64,000 nucleotides of DNA from Phycisphaeraceae bacterium (lineage in GTDB: Bacteria > Planctomycetota > Phycisphaerae > Phycisphaerales > Phycisphaeraceae), in the NCBI GenBank assembly GCA_963674705.1, contig OY771506.1, positions 1,824,001 through 1,888,000 on the forward strand, given 5' to 3'. Every line of letters begins with the position of its first letter. Positions within the stretch are counted from its first letter, which is position 1. The translations under genes and the position numbers were made by a program. The notes under the pieces are model-generated. The model had not been told where the DNA came from. It did not search any database and saw only the letters and a list, made by a program, of their open reading frames with translations. Positions 1 through 9,908 of the stretch are shown piece after piece.

Positions 1-166
1 GCCCCGGGCCAAACGCGGCTCACGCACCGCCTCGCAGCGGTGTGCCCCCGCGATAGCAACCGTAACAAGAACCCATACACAGTTCCCACAGATTCAAACT
101 CAACCATCGACTCACACACACCGGCGACCCACAACGCCGGCCAAACCACGGGGGAGGAGAGAAACC

Positions 167-370
167 ATGCTGACAGTGAACAACACACAACGTTTACGGC
201 AAATGAGCGGCGAAGAACTTTTGCTCCAGGCCATCTTCTGCAAGGAAAACCTGAAGAAGCGGATCGATCACGAACTCGATCGTCGGGCGCACTGCGATCT
301 GCCCGCTGGCCGTGGCGTATCACCGCATGCAGGAAAACCGTTCGCATCCTTCTCGGGCTATGCCGCATAA
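167..370 (+). CDS. Small hypothetical protein (67 aa) preceding the PEP-CTERM cluster
   Basis: Strong SD (GGAGGAG) just upstream of the ATG; helical-looking core SGEELLLQAIFCKENLKKRIDHELDRRA. Confidence 0.6.
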   Translation: MLTVNNTQRLRQMSGEELLLQAIFCKENLKKRIDHELDRRAHCDLPAGRGVSPHAGKPFASFSGYAA

Positions 371-596
371 GGCGAGCAGAAACAATCCAGCGCGGGGCGG
401 CCGCAACAAGCGGAGGGTATCGGTCGGCCGCCCCGGGATCAACAGGCTACACACGCGGGGGAGAAAGTCAGGGCCATGCAACGACGTGACCTATGCCGTC
501 TACAACAACACTTGCACGCGATCCATTGCGGGCAATTGCCCACAGGATTCCACCGTACTCACCATGAATGACTTCCACTTGAATAAGGGTAGAACC

Positions 597-1205
597 ATGT
601 ATACGAACCTGAAACACATTATGTCGATGTTTGTTCTCGTCGTGCTCGTGACAAGCAACAGCGTCTTTGCACAAGGAACCGCGAACGGGCCCAACACGTT
701 GCACACCGTCGATCCCGGCCCCATCGTGGTGATTGGCAATCCCACCAATCCCATGCCGATCGATCTCGATCCCGTGGGGCAACCCTGGACAAAGACCATC
801 ACCGACCCCAACTTCCTGATACTCAACGGTGGGCCGTTGAATCTCAACGAATCCATCATCAACGTCGGCTCGGAGCCCTGGTATGACTGGCATGAACACA
901 TCCTGCCGGACGCGACGGGCGCTTATCCCGGCGACTGGAGCTTCGTGCAGATGTCGGTCAATGGCAATCCGATCACGTTCAACGCCTTGGGTATCGGCAC
1001 ACCGAATCTCTGGCTGGACACGTTCTCGCAACCTGTTCTTCCCGGTGACATCCTGAACATCCGCAAGATCATCGATGTGGTTCCGGGCATCCCCGGGATC
1101 GTGCAGCAGCCCATCGTCATCCAGGAATACCCGACTCCGGAGCCGGCCAGCGCCGCGCTGATTGGGATAGGCTCGCTCGTGCTGATGGCAAGACGCAAGA
1201 CCTGA
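597..1205 (+). CDS. PEP-CTERM surface protein (paralogue family A, copy 1)
   Basis: Start moved to ATG 597 (MYTNLK), signal peptide ending VFAQ; C-terminal TPEPASAALIGIGSLVLMARRKT. Confidence 0.85.
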   Translation: MYTNLKHIMSMFVLVVLVTSNSVFAQGTANGPNTLHTVDPGPIVVIGNPTNPMPIDLDPVGQPWTKTITDPNFLILNGGPLNLNESIINVGSEPWYDWHEHILPDATGAYPGDWSFVQMSVNGNPITFNALGIGTPNLWLDTFSQPVLPGDILNIRKIIDVVPGIPGIVQQPIVIQEYPTPEPASAALIGIGSLVLMARRKT

Positions 1206-1361
1206 AACATCATCAAGACGGGCCCCGTCGGCACGTGGGGAGACGCGCCGGCGGGGTTCAACTTAACGATGCATTACTTAACCACCCATAACTGTAATCA
1301 AGGCAATACGACAAGAACTAATTCTGCAGTGTGGACAACACCGCACGAAGGGAGAACTGCC

Positions 1362-2666
1362 ATGCAACCATTCAAACACAGCAAGAAGACTGACGGCAGA
1401 AAGACATATGCAACGCGAGGCGTTATCACAACAAGTTTGGCCGCGATTCTGATAAGCACTGGGCCATCGATGGCACAAACCGGCGTCACCTTCTCGATCG
1501 ACTTCCAGGGCCCGACGGCGGGTAACCTGCCCGGGCCGTTCGCAGGACTGGCGGATACTTTCACCGGTGCGGCAATTGATGAAGGCTCGATCCTGACACC
1601 GTTCTTCCCCGGCCCGGTGGGACCGAATCCGGCATCACCCGGAGCATTGCCCACACCGGGGATGATGACCTCATCGATGCTCTTTGCAGGTGGCTCTGTA
1701 CCAGGCGGCGTGGGTATCGTGCCGGGACCCGTGCCTGGTCTGGAATTGGATGCGCTTTCTTACGGCCATGACAACGGCACACAACTCGTGTTCTCTGTAG
1801 ACGAGTTTGCCGTCGGCATCCCGGCGGCTCCGGCATTCCCCAACGTGACCAGTGAAGGTGCATTTGGTTCCCTTGAGGCCTCGGCCGACATCTTCCAATA
1901 CCTGGGCCCGGTCGTTGCGACAGTACCCGGACCAGTTTGGGGTAACAAAGCCATTATTGACGGAGATGGCATAGCGCCGTGGGGCGGACCGGGGCTGGGT
2001 CTGCTTGAACCCAATCCGCCTGCCGGCGGCGCGCCGTTCGATCAGGGCGACAACCTCGATGCGGTTGATGTCGATACTTCGCTTGCTGATCTTCACGGCC
2101 CAGTCTTCTTCTCGATGGATTCGTTTTTTGCCGATCCGATCGAAGGCGCACCGGCTAACACTGGCACTGCGATGTCGAACGGATTTGTCGGTGGCGACGT
2201 GGTCGTCACCCCCGCCATCGGCAGCGGTTTAATTGGTGTCTATGCGCCGGCACTGACGTTGGGGTTGGATACTTTCGGCAGTGACACCGACGATCTGGAT
2301 GCGCTGATTCTTCGTGATGACGGTGCCGTGGATGCGGTGGGCCTGCCGTACTTCAATCCCGGGAAAGACTTCATCCTGTTCAGTGTGCGGCGAGGCTCGG
2401 CGATCATCGGCACACCCGATAGCCGGCTGGGCCTGCCGATCGAAGAGGGCGACGTACTGACGATCCCGGCCACAGGCTCGTTCGTGCCGCAGATTTACAT
2501 CCCCGCCGAGAGCATGGGTCTGATGACGGCACGTTACAACGGTGCAGTGGGCGACGAACTCGACGCCTTGGATCTGGCTGTCCCCGAGCCTGCGAGCCTG
2601 GCGCTACTGGGACTGGGCAGCCTGTTCATCTTCAACAGGGGGAGAAAGGTCGGCTGCACGGCGTAA
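1362..2666 (+). CDS. PEP-CTERM surface protein with D-rich repeats (ELDALS/NLDAVD/DLDAL)
   Basis: SD GGGAG before ATG 1362; signal-like N-terminus; VPEPASLALLGLGSLFIFNRGRK. Confidence 0.85.
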   Translation: MQPFKHSKKTDGRKTYATRGVITTSLAAILISTGPSMAQTGVTFSIDFQGPTAGNLPGPFAGLADTFTGAAIDEGSILTPFFPGPVGPNPASPGALPTPGMMTSSMLFAGGSVPGGVGIVPGPVPGLELDALSYGHDNGTQLVFSVDEFAVGIPAAPAFPNVTSEGAFGSLEASADIFQYLGPVVATVPGPVWGNKAIIDGDGIAPWGGPGLGLLEPNPPAGGAPFDQGDNLDAVDVDTSLADLHGPVFFSMDSFFADPIEGAPANTGTAMSNGFVGGDVVVTPAIGSGLIGVYAPALTLGLDTFGSDTDDLDALILRDDGAVDAVGLPYFNPGKDFILFSVRRGSAIIGTPDSRLGLPIEEGDVLTIPATGSFVPQIYIPAESMGLMTARYNGAVGDELDALDLAVPEPASLALLGLGSLFIFNRGRKVGCTA

Positions 2667-2758
2667 GGCAGTACACATACACAGGTCCGCCCAACAGCGC
2701 ACCTGTGACTTTTAAAGCACCTGGCTGAATTGATTACGGACACATGAAAGGAAACATC

Positions 2759-3376
2759 ATGCATGCTTACACGACAAAACTTCTCGGTTCATTGGCCATA
2801 GTTCTTACATTGGTTCTCACACAAGGAACCGTGTTGGCACAGGGCACAGCCAGCGGCCCGTTCACCATCCACGAGGTCGAGCCCGGCCCGGTCGTCAATA
2901 TCGGCAGTCTGATCGACCCGATCCCGATCGATCTTGATCCTTTGGGGCCGCCGTGGTTCAAGAACATTGGTGATCCATTTGGCTACGTGACCGCCCCGAG
3001 TGACCTTCAGTTCAACGAGACGATCATCAACGTCGGCACAGAGCCCTGGTATGACTGGCACGAGTTCATCCTCGATCCCCCGGTGGGTATGTCGCAGAGC
3101 AGTTGGCAGACGGTAAAGGTGCTGGTTAACGGCACGCCGATCGGCTTTAGCTCTTCGGGCCTGGGCACACCGTCGCTCGACCTCTTCGACTTCTCCCAGC
3201 CGGTACTGCCCGGCGACATCCTTCAGATTCAGAAAACCATCGACGTGTACGACACCACGGGCAACAGCGGAGCGTTCCTCCGCATCCTCGAATACCCCAC
3301 CCCCGAACCGGCCAGCGCGTTGCTGATGATTACCGGCGCCACGGGTTTGCTGCTGCGGCAGCGTGAAAGGAACTGA
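2759..3376 (+). CDS. PEP-CTERM surface protein (paralogue family A, copy 2)
   Basis: AAGGA SD; AQGTASGP...NVGTEPWYDWHE...FSQPVLPGD...EYPTPEPAS. Confidence 0.85.
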   Translation: MHAYTTKLLGSLAIVLTLVLTQGTVLAQGTASGPFTIHEVEPGPVVNIGSLIDPIPIDLDPLGPPWFKNIGDPFGYVTAPSDLQFNETIINVGTEPWYDWHEFILDPPVGMSQSSWQTVKVLVNGTPIGFSSSGLGTPSLDLFDFSQPVLPGDILQIQKTIDVYDTTGNSGAFLRILEYPTPEPASALLMITGATGLLLRQRERN

Positions 3377-3378
3377 GC

Positions 3379-4221
3379 ATGTTTCGCTCACTGAAATACA
3401 ACCTGGTATCAGCAATGTGTGTTAGTGTTTCGCTTTCGATCATTGAGGACACACTCGCCGCCAATCTCGCGTTCGATAGTGCCGCCGATCCGGTTTACAA
3501 CGACGGCTGGCAATCGGGAGACAACGGCGGATATGGTTTCGCGCCATGGGCCTTGTTGACGCTCGGCTCCAGCTCGGGGCACTTCCTGGCCAGCTCCACC
3601 GGTAACGGGGACGGCCTTGACGACGGCAACATCAACGGCGCCGCGAATGACCACGACATCGATACTGCCGGCCGCGCCTGGGGAATGTATGCCTCGTTTG
3701 ACTCTTCGGCAGACGGCGCCGGTGCGGTCCGGAATCTGACAGGCGGGGCGCTGACTGTCGGGCAGTCCATATCGATCGACATGGACAACGGGTACATCAA
3801 CAGCTCCGGCTACAACTACGTCGGCATCACATTTGTGTCCAGCAGTGATTCAGTGCTCTTCCGCTTTGAGGGCGGCGATGCCAACTACGAGGTCTACTCG
3901 AATAACCTCGCGACACTGACGCCCACGACGCTCCCCTTTGCGGATGAAGGTTTGACGCTGAGCCTTACACGGACCGGCTTCAGCACGATCGACCTGACCG
4001 CGACGTTACGCAACGGCGCAACACAGACACTGCCTTTGATTCTTAGCGGCGCAACCGGTGCTGATATCCAAGCGGTGCTGTTGGCCAACGACAGCGCGGG
4101 CCAGGGGCCGCCTCACGACGCTTACTTCAACAGCATCACGGTCACGCCTGAGCCGGCAAGCGCGGCACTGCTGGGGCTGGGCGCGATGGCACTGGTGAGT
4201 CGACGAAGGGATGTGCTCTAA
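3379..4221 (+). CDS. PEP-CTERM surface protein
   Basis: Signal-like N-terminus; TPEPASAALLGLGAMALVSRRR. Confidence 0.85.
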   Translation: MFRSLKYNLVSAMCVSVSLSIIEDTLAANLAFDSAADPVYNDGWQSGDNGGYGFAPWALLTLGSSSGHFLASSTGNGDGLDDGNINGAANDHDIDTAGRAWGMYASFDSSADGAGAVRNLTGGALTVGQSISIDMDNGYINSSGYNYVGITFVSSSDSVLFRFEGGDANYEVYSNNLATLTPTTLPFADEGLTLSLTRTGFSTIDLTATLRNGATQTLPLILSGATGADIQAVLLANDSAGQGPPHDAYFNSITVTPEPASAALLGLGAMALVSRRRDVL

Positions 4222-4348
4222 GCAACCACATCTTCATTCTCTATCGAACCCATCGTCGGCATGCTGAAAAGTGTGTCGGCGGATTCGAGAACGCCATTAC
4301 GGAACGTCAAGCCTAATCAATAGAACTCAAGCATAAGGAAACACAATC

Positions 4349-5020
4349 ATGACTTCGAACACAACGCTAATAATCGCCGGCGGCATCGCAACCTCGATGC
4401 TGTTGACTGCTCAACACGCTTCTGCGGGTCAGATCCTCGGCTTTACCTGGTCGTCCGGCATCGCCTCGATCGCTGGTGAACCGGTGGACCCGCCGATTGA
4501 CGCAAACAATGACAACGTCGTTGGCGCATCACCGAACGAGTTGATCGTGACACAGAAAGACTTCTTCGGCGTCAACGGTGTTGCGGATATCGTCTTTTAC
4601 GTCATAGACTCGGGCGGTACGACGGAGTATGCGGTCTTTGAAGGGGTAAGTAACTCCTCCGGCATCGACTGGGACCAGTACCGGATCGAGCTTGGTTTCG
4701 GCGAGGGTGTCGGTTTCGTGCCATCTACCCCCGGCGACGGGCTTGACTTTGATACGCCTGATGAAGATTCGCCTTTCGACTTCTCCGCGTTTTTCTCATC
4801 GCCGACGCTTGTAAATGAGGATGTGATCCTGGCGGAAGGCGGCCTCTTCCCGTACCTGGCATTTACCACACCGTTGTTCCAGTTTTCGATCGATGTGCCG
4901 GATGGGATCGATAGTTTCACACTGCGTCAGATCCCGATCGCGGTACCCGAACCGGCAAGCGCCTTGTTGCTTGCGTCGATATCTGTGCTCGCGGTCAAAC
5001 GCCGCCGGATCATTCACTGA
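4349..5020 (+). CDS. PEP-CTERM surface protein, choice-of-anchor F-like domain
   Basis: Signal peptide ending ASA; motif NSSGIDWDQYRIELGFGEG...DGLDFD; VPEPASALLL...KRRR. Confidence 0.75.
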   Translation: MTSNTTLIIAGGIATSMLLTAQHASAGQILGFTWSSGIASIAGEPVDPPIDANNDNVVGASPNELIVTQKDFFGVNGVADIVFYVIDSGGTTEYAVFEGVSNSSGIDWDQYRIELGFGEGVGFVPSTPGDGLDFDTPDEDSPFDFSAFFSSPTLVNEDVILAEGGLFPYLAFTTPLFQFSIDVPDGIDSFTLRQIPIAVPEPASALLLASISVLAVKRRRIIH

Positions 5021-5055
5021 TACAGAAAAACCATTCATACAAAGGATAAACAAAC

Positions 5056-5691
5056 ATGAAACGCATCTTCACCATAACGTCGATCGCCATCTGCACGATT
5101 ATGTTCTTCACGACCGCTGCGCTGGCGCAAGGCACAGCGACGGGCCCGAGTACTTTTCACTATGCCGATCCGGGCGGCGTCGTTTACGTCGGTGGGCCTA
5201 ACGATTTGATAAACGGCCCGGCTCCTTTCCCGATCGATTTGGACGCAAGCGGCCCGCCCTGGCGCAAAGCGATTCTCAGCGATCCGGCTTCGGGCTTCGG
5301 GTCCGGCAACATCACCATGATCGAGACGGTATTAAATGTCGGGACCGAGCCCTGGTATGACTGGCACGAGCAAGTCATCCCTGATGCCGTCGGTGCGGCA
5401 TGGTCGGGTGTTAATTCGGTATTGATAAACGGCCTTCCGATCACGTTTAATCAGATGATCACCGGCAGCAGCCTTACGATCGATGGATTCTCACAACCCG
5501 TGTTACCCGGCGATGTGCTGGTGATTGAGAAAGAACTGTACACGACAGCCAACCTGGTGGGGCCGGGCAAGAAGCTGGTCGATGTGCTTGAATACCCGAC
5601 TCCCGAGCCGGGCAGTGCGTCTCTGATGGGTGTTGGGGCGTTACTCTTATGCAAGCGGCGGCTGCGTCGGAATCAGGCAGGTTGGTTGTAG
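5056..5691 (+). CDS. PEP-CTERM surface protein (paralogue family A, copy 3)
   Basis: AQGTATGP...NVGTEPWYDWHE...FSQPVLPGD...EYPTPEPGS. Confidence 0.85.
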   Translation: MKRIFTITSIAICTIMFFTTAALAQGTATGPSTFHYADPGGVVYVGGPNDLINGPAPFPIDLDASGPPWRKAILSDPASGFGSGNITMIETVLNVGTEPWYDWHEQVIPDAVGAAWSGVNSVLINGLPITFNQMITGSSLTIDGFSQPVLPGDVLVIEKELYTTANLVGPGKKLVDVLEYPTPEPGSASLMGVGALLLCKRRLRRNQAGWL

Positions 5692-5758
5692 CGTGTATGG
5701 CTGGTATATTTGGGTGCGATAAAGCTATCCTGTCACATGTGAGAAGTTTCCGAATTAA

Positions 5759-5880
5759 TTCCTTTTCCCCTTGGGAGAAGGTTAGGAAGAGAGCCGGATT
5801 GATTAGGTGATCAGAACACATTTTCTGCTTGCACACTGAACCCGGCCCTCACCCCGACCCTGTCCCAAGGGGAGAGGGAG
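5759..5880. repeat. Inverted pair of REP-like CCCTCTCCC/GGGAGAGGG-family palindromes
   Basis: 5759-5797 (ttccttttccccttgggagaaggttaggaagagagccgg) is an imperfect reverse complement of 5842-5880 (ccggccctcaccccgaccctgtcccaaggggagagggag). Confidence 0.65.
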
Positions 5881-5927
5881 TGAACCAAAGACCTTATCAC
5901 ACTCATGCAATAGGCGCAGTGTCCGCC

Positions 5928-7409
5928 ATGAAAAGCAGAAAGAGATTAGCGTTGACCCTGACCGCGTTTGTCGGCCTGACTGAGATGTTGATGTATGCAC
6001 CGATGCCCGAAGCCAGCGGCGAAGGTCAAACTGCCCAAACGTTTCACAGCTTCGCGCCGACGCCGCCGATGGGCTGGAACAGTTGGGATTGCTACGGCTC
6101 GTCGGTCGTCGAGCAAGAAGTGCGCGCTAACGCCGAGTTCATGGCCAAGAACCTGAAGCAGTTCGGCTGGGAGTATGTGGTCGTCGATATCCGCTGGTAT
6201 GTGGAGAATCCGAACACGCCGCCGCATCGTCCTTACAACCAGCACGATGCGATCTATTCGTTTAACGCTAACGGGATCCTGACACCGGCGATGAACCGCT
6301 TCCCCTCAGCGAAGGGCGACAACGGGCAGAACCTCGGTTTCAAACCACTGGCCGATGACATCCATGAGATGGGATTGAAGTTCGGCGTGCACCTGATGCG
6401 CGGGATCAACAAAAAGGTCTGGGAAGCCGACCTGTCGATCCCGGGTTCGGACTTTACGACCAGGGACATCGAACGTAACACTTGGGCGAACGGCGAAACA
6501 GATACCGGCGCAGCGTGGCTGAAAGATAACTACGGGATGAAGAAGTCCCCGGCCGCACAGGCGTATTACGATGCGATGTTCGCGGAGTATGCCAGGTGGG
6601 GTATCGACTATGTGAAGATCGACGACATGCTGCGCGATTATTCGCACCCGGATGATTCTTACTATGCGGGTGAGATCGAGATGATCCGCACAGCGATCGA
6701 CAAGACGGGCCGGCCGATGGTGTTGAGCTTATCACCCGGCGCAGCGCCGCTTGCCAGGGCGGAACACCTGGTTGATAACGCAAACCTCTGGCGGATCACG
6801 GATGATCTGTGGGACAACTGGCACGATGTGTTCGTGATGTTTGATAGAGCCAAGGAGTGGACGCCTTACTGTGGGCCGGGGCATTGGCCTGACAATGACA
6901 TGCTGCCGTTAGGCAGGCTTTCGATCCGTGGCGAGCGAGGTGAATTCAATCGCGACTCGAATCTGACGCAAGACGAGCAGCGGACGCTGATGTCGCTGTG
7001 GTTTATTTCGCGTTCGCCTTTGATGTTCGGCGGGGATTTGCCGCATATCAGGAAGACCAACGATGCGTTTACATTGTCACTACTGAATAATCCGGAAGCA
7101 ATCGCGGTAAACCAGGCGAGTGCGAACAACCACGAGCTAAGCCGATCGCAGGACGGCGTCGAGGTTGTCTGGCTGGCGGATGCGACGGGTGAGTACGCGG
7201 GAGCAAAGTACGTGGGGCTGTTTAACCGTGGCGATGCGGTGCGAAAGATAAGCGTGTCGGTCGATGCGTTGGGCTTGGATGGCAAGAAGAAACTGATTGT
7301 TCGCGATGTCTGGGCATGTGAGGATCTGGCTGACGCACAGAGCGATGGCAAGATTATCCTTGACGTGCCTGCCCATGGCTCGCGTTTGCTTCGGGTGTCC
7401 GGCAATTAA
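5928..7409 (+). CDS. Glycoside hydrolase family 27 (alpha-galactosidase/beta-L-arabinopyranosidase-like)
   Basis: APTPPMGWNSW, YVVVDIRWY, WGIDYVKIDD, WRITDDLWD, WPDNDMLPLG; start moved to MKSRKR. Confidence 0.9.
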   Translation: MKSRKRLALTLTAFVGLTEMLMYAPMPEASGEGQTAQTFHSFAPTPPMGWNSWDCYGSSVVEQEVRANAEFMAKNLKQFGWEYVVVDIRWYVENPNTPPHRPYNQHDAIYSFNANGILTPAMNRFPSAKGDNGQNLGFKPLADDIHEMGLKFGVHLMRGINKKVWEADLSIPGSDFTTRDIERNTWANGETDTGAAWLKDNYGMKKSPAAQAYYDAMFAEYARWGIDYVKIDDMLRDYSHPDDSYYAGEIEMIRTAIDKTGRPMVLSLSPGAAPLARAEHLVDNANLWRITDDLWDNWHDVFVMFDRAKEWTPYCGPGHWPDNDMLPLGRLSIRGERGEFNRDSNLTQDEQRTLMSLWFISRSPLMFGGDLPHIRKTNDAFTLSLLNNPEAIAVNQASANNHELSRSQDGVEVVWLADATGEYAGAKYVGLFNRGDAVRKISVSVDALGLDGKKKLIVRDVWACEDLADAQSDGKIILDVPAHGSRLLRVSGN

Positions 7410-7417
7410 AGCATTTT

Positions 7418-7509
7418 TAGCCACAGATGAACACGGATAAACACGGATGAAGAAAAAGTGTTTCTTGGCAATATCTTCATCCGTATGCATCTGTGTTCAT
7501 CCGTGGCTA
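7418..7509. repeat. REP-like inverted repeat (CACAGATGAACACGGAT family)
   Basis: tagccacagatgaacacggataaacacggatgaaga (7418-7453) pairs with tcttcatccgtatgcatctgtgttcatccgtggcta (7474-7509). Confidence 0.75.
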
Positions 7510-7625
7510 TAAATAATGGTTTTGTTATTTTGGGGCCAATCTTTTCATAGCGTGGGTATGTGATTACCATGGCTGTCTCAATAGAGCGGCCGGTGGTCGC
7601 TGTTCTTTGGTTTGAGGAATTACAC

Positions 7626-9866
7626 ATGAATGACTTGATGATCGTCTGTAGCGTCGTGTTGCTGGCGTCGTTGTTGATTGGGATGGCAAGCTCGGAGGTG
7701 TCGGCACAATCGATGTTGACGCGGTGGGCGGACGATCTGAATCCCGATGCGCCGTTGCCGGAGTATCCCCGGCCGCAGATGGTGCGTCAGGCGTGGGAGA
7801 ACCTGAACGGCCGGTGGGATTATGCCATTGTGGATAGCAAGGCGTCGGCTCCCGAGAAGTGGGATGGCAAGATCACCGTGCCGTTCGCGGTTGAATCGCA
7901 GTTATCGGGCGTGATGAAGCGTGTGGGCGATGATGAAGCGCTATGGTATCGCAGGACGTTTGCAACGCCGAAGCTTCATGATGCCGGGCGATTGCTATTG
8001 CACTTCGGCGCGGTCGACTGGCATGCAACTGTATGGGTGAACGGCAAACGGGTCGGCGAACATCGCGGAGGCTACGATGCGTTCACGTTTGATATCACCG
8101 ATGCGCTCGATGCAAGCGGTGAGAATGAACTATTGGTGAAAGTCGTTGATCCGACGGACGGCGGCACACAGCCGCATGGCAAGCAGATCCGTAAGCCGCA
8201 CGGCATCTGGTACACACCCGTGACCGGCATCTGGCAGACGGTCTGGTTGGAGCCCGTATCAAGTGGATATATCAAGTCCATCAAGATCACGCCTGACCTG
8301 GACAGCCATACGGTTTCGATCGTTGTCGATGCGGTTGGTGCCGAAGGTTTGAAGGCAATAGTGATTTCGGAAAAAGACAATACTTCTACGACAGGTAAAC
8401 CGGGCGAAGCGATCGAATTGAAGCTGGATGCATCGTCGTATGACACGCCCTGGAGTCCGGATTCGCCGCAGCTTTATGACATGACAATCGAACTGGTGCG
8501 CGACAGCGAAGTGGTCGATGTGGTGGCCAGTTACTTTGCGCTGCGCAAGATCGAGGTGCGTAAAACTTCGGACGGTTTTAATCGTTTGTTTTTGAATAAC
8601 AAGCCGGTGTTCCAGTATGGGCCATTGGATCAGGGGTGGTGGCCCGACGGTTTGTACACCGCGCCGACGGATAAAGCGCTTGCGTACGATATCCAAATCA
8701 CCAGGGCGATGGGCTTTAACATGGCGCGCAAGCACGTGAAGGTTGAGCCTGCGCGCTGGTACTACCATGCGGATCGTTTGGGATTGCTGGTCTGGCAGGA
8801 CATGCCCAATGGTGATGCGAGTATCGGCCCGGGTAAGCCTGACATCACGCGCTCGGCGGAGTCGGAAGCGATCTATCGTGAAGAGTGGGAGCAGATCGTC
8901 ACGCAGTTCTACAACCACCCGTGCATTGTTGTGTGGGTGCCGTTCAACGAAGGTTGGGGGCAGTTCAAGACGAACGAGATACTCGCATGGACGAAGCAGC
9001 TAGATCCGACGCGCCTGGTGAATGGTCCCAGCGGCTGGGAAGACCGCGGCGAAGGTGATATGCACGACATGCACAACTACCCCGGGCCCGGCATGTTCCC
9101 TGTGGAAGACAAACGCGCATCGGTATTGGGTGAGTTCGGTGGATTGGGCCTACCACTTGCCGGCCACCTCTGGCAGGAAAAAGAGAACTGGGGCTATCGC
9201 AGCTTCGATAACGCGGAAGCTCTAACCAAACGCTACGAGCAAGCTGTTAATGAATTGCGTCTGCTGATCGGGCAAGGTTTAGCTGCGGCGGTGTATACGC
9301 AGACGACGGACGTCGAGGGCGAAGTTAACGGCCTGCTGACGTATGATCGCGACATCATCAAGATGCCTGCGGAATCGCTACACAAACTGCACGCGCCGCT
9401 TTATACCGAGCCGCCAAAGGTGGTTGAGCTTGTGCCGACCAGTGAAGATGAAGCGTTGACCTGGTCTTATACGTTTGAGCAACCGGCCGACGGTTGGGAG
9501 AAGGGCGGCTTTGATGACAGCGCATGGCAGCAGGGGCCGGCGGGCTTCGGCACGGAGCACACGCCGCGCACGACGGTCCGAACGGTATGGGATAACAGCG
9601 ACATCTGGATCCGCCGTGGTTTTGAGTTGAAGGACGTCCCGGCCGGCGAGTTGTGTCTGCGTGTGTATCACGATGAAGATGCCGAGGTGTATATCAACGG
9701 GCTGCATGTCATACAGGTGCAGGGCTACAGCGGGCAGTATATGTATCGCATCACGCAACAGGATGCGAAGGATGTTTTGCAAAAAGGAAGTAACACGATC
9801 GCGGTGCACTGCAAGCAGACCAAGGGCGGGCAGTACATCGATGTGGGTTTAAGCGTGCTGGAATAG
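7626..9866 (+). CDS. Secreted glycoside hydrolase family 2 with C-terminal jelly-roll domain
   Basis: EYPRPQ, LHFGAVDW, TGIWQTVWLE, GFNMARKHVK, WVPFNEGWGQ, LGEFGG; SD GAGGA before ATG 7626. Confidence 0.9.
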   Translation: MNDLMIVCSVVLLASLLIGMASSEVSAQSMLTRWADDLNPDAPLPEYPRPQMVRQAWENLNGRWDYAIVDSKASAPEKWDGKITVPFAVESQLSGVMKRVGDDEALWYRRTFATPKLHDAGRLLLHFGAVDWHATVWVNGKRVGEHRGGYDAFTFDITDALDASGENELLVKVVDPTDGGTQPHGKQIRKPHGIWYTPVTGIWQTVWLEPVSSGYIKSIKITPDLDSHTVSIVVDAVGAEGLKAIVISEKDNTSTTGKPGEAIELKLDASSYDTPWSPDSPQLYDMTIELVRDSEVVDVVASYFALRKIEVRKTSDGFNRLFLNNKPVFQYGPLDQGWWPDGLYTAPTDKALAYDIQITRAMGFNMARKHVKVEPARWYYHADRLGLLVWQDMPNGDASIGPGKPDITRSAESEAIYREEWEQIVTQFYNHPCIVVWVPFNEGWGQFKTNEILAWTKQLDPTRLVNGPSGWEDRGEGDMHDMHNYPGPGMFPVEDKRASVLGEFGGLGLPLAGHLWQEKENWGYRSFDNAEALTKRYEQAVNELRLLIGQGLAAAVYTQTTDVEGEVNGLLTYDRDIIKMPAESLHKLHAPLYTEPPKVVELVPTSEDEALTWSYTFEQPADGWEKGGFDDSAWQQGPAGFGTEHTPRTTVRTVWDNSDIWIRRGFELKDVPAGELCLRVYHDEDAEVYINGLHVIQVQGYSGQYMYRITQQDAKDVLQKGSNTIAVHCKQTKGGQYIDVGLSVLE

Positions 9867-9908
9867 GGATTCCGATCTATCAGCCAATCAAACAAAGCGA
9901 GGTTCCGG

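Noticed and set aside
40..596. ORF 40-489 and the long N-terminal extension of ORF 312-1205
   Set aside because: Low-complexity, R-rich translation across intergenic hairpins; the signal peptide indicates a start at 597.
861..5366. Thrice-repeated gagccctggtatgactggca as a CRISPR or DGR repeat
   Set aside because: The copies are ~2 kb apart inside paralogous CDSs and encode EPWYDWH; no cas or reverse transcriptase genes are present.
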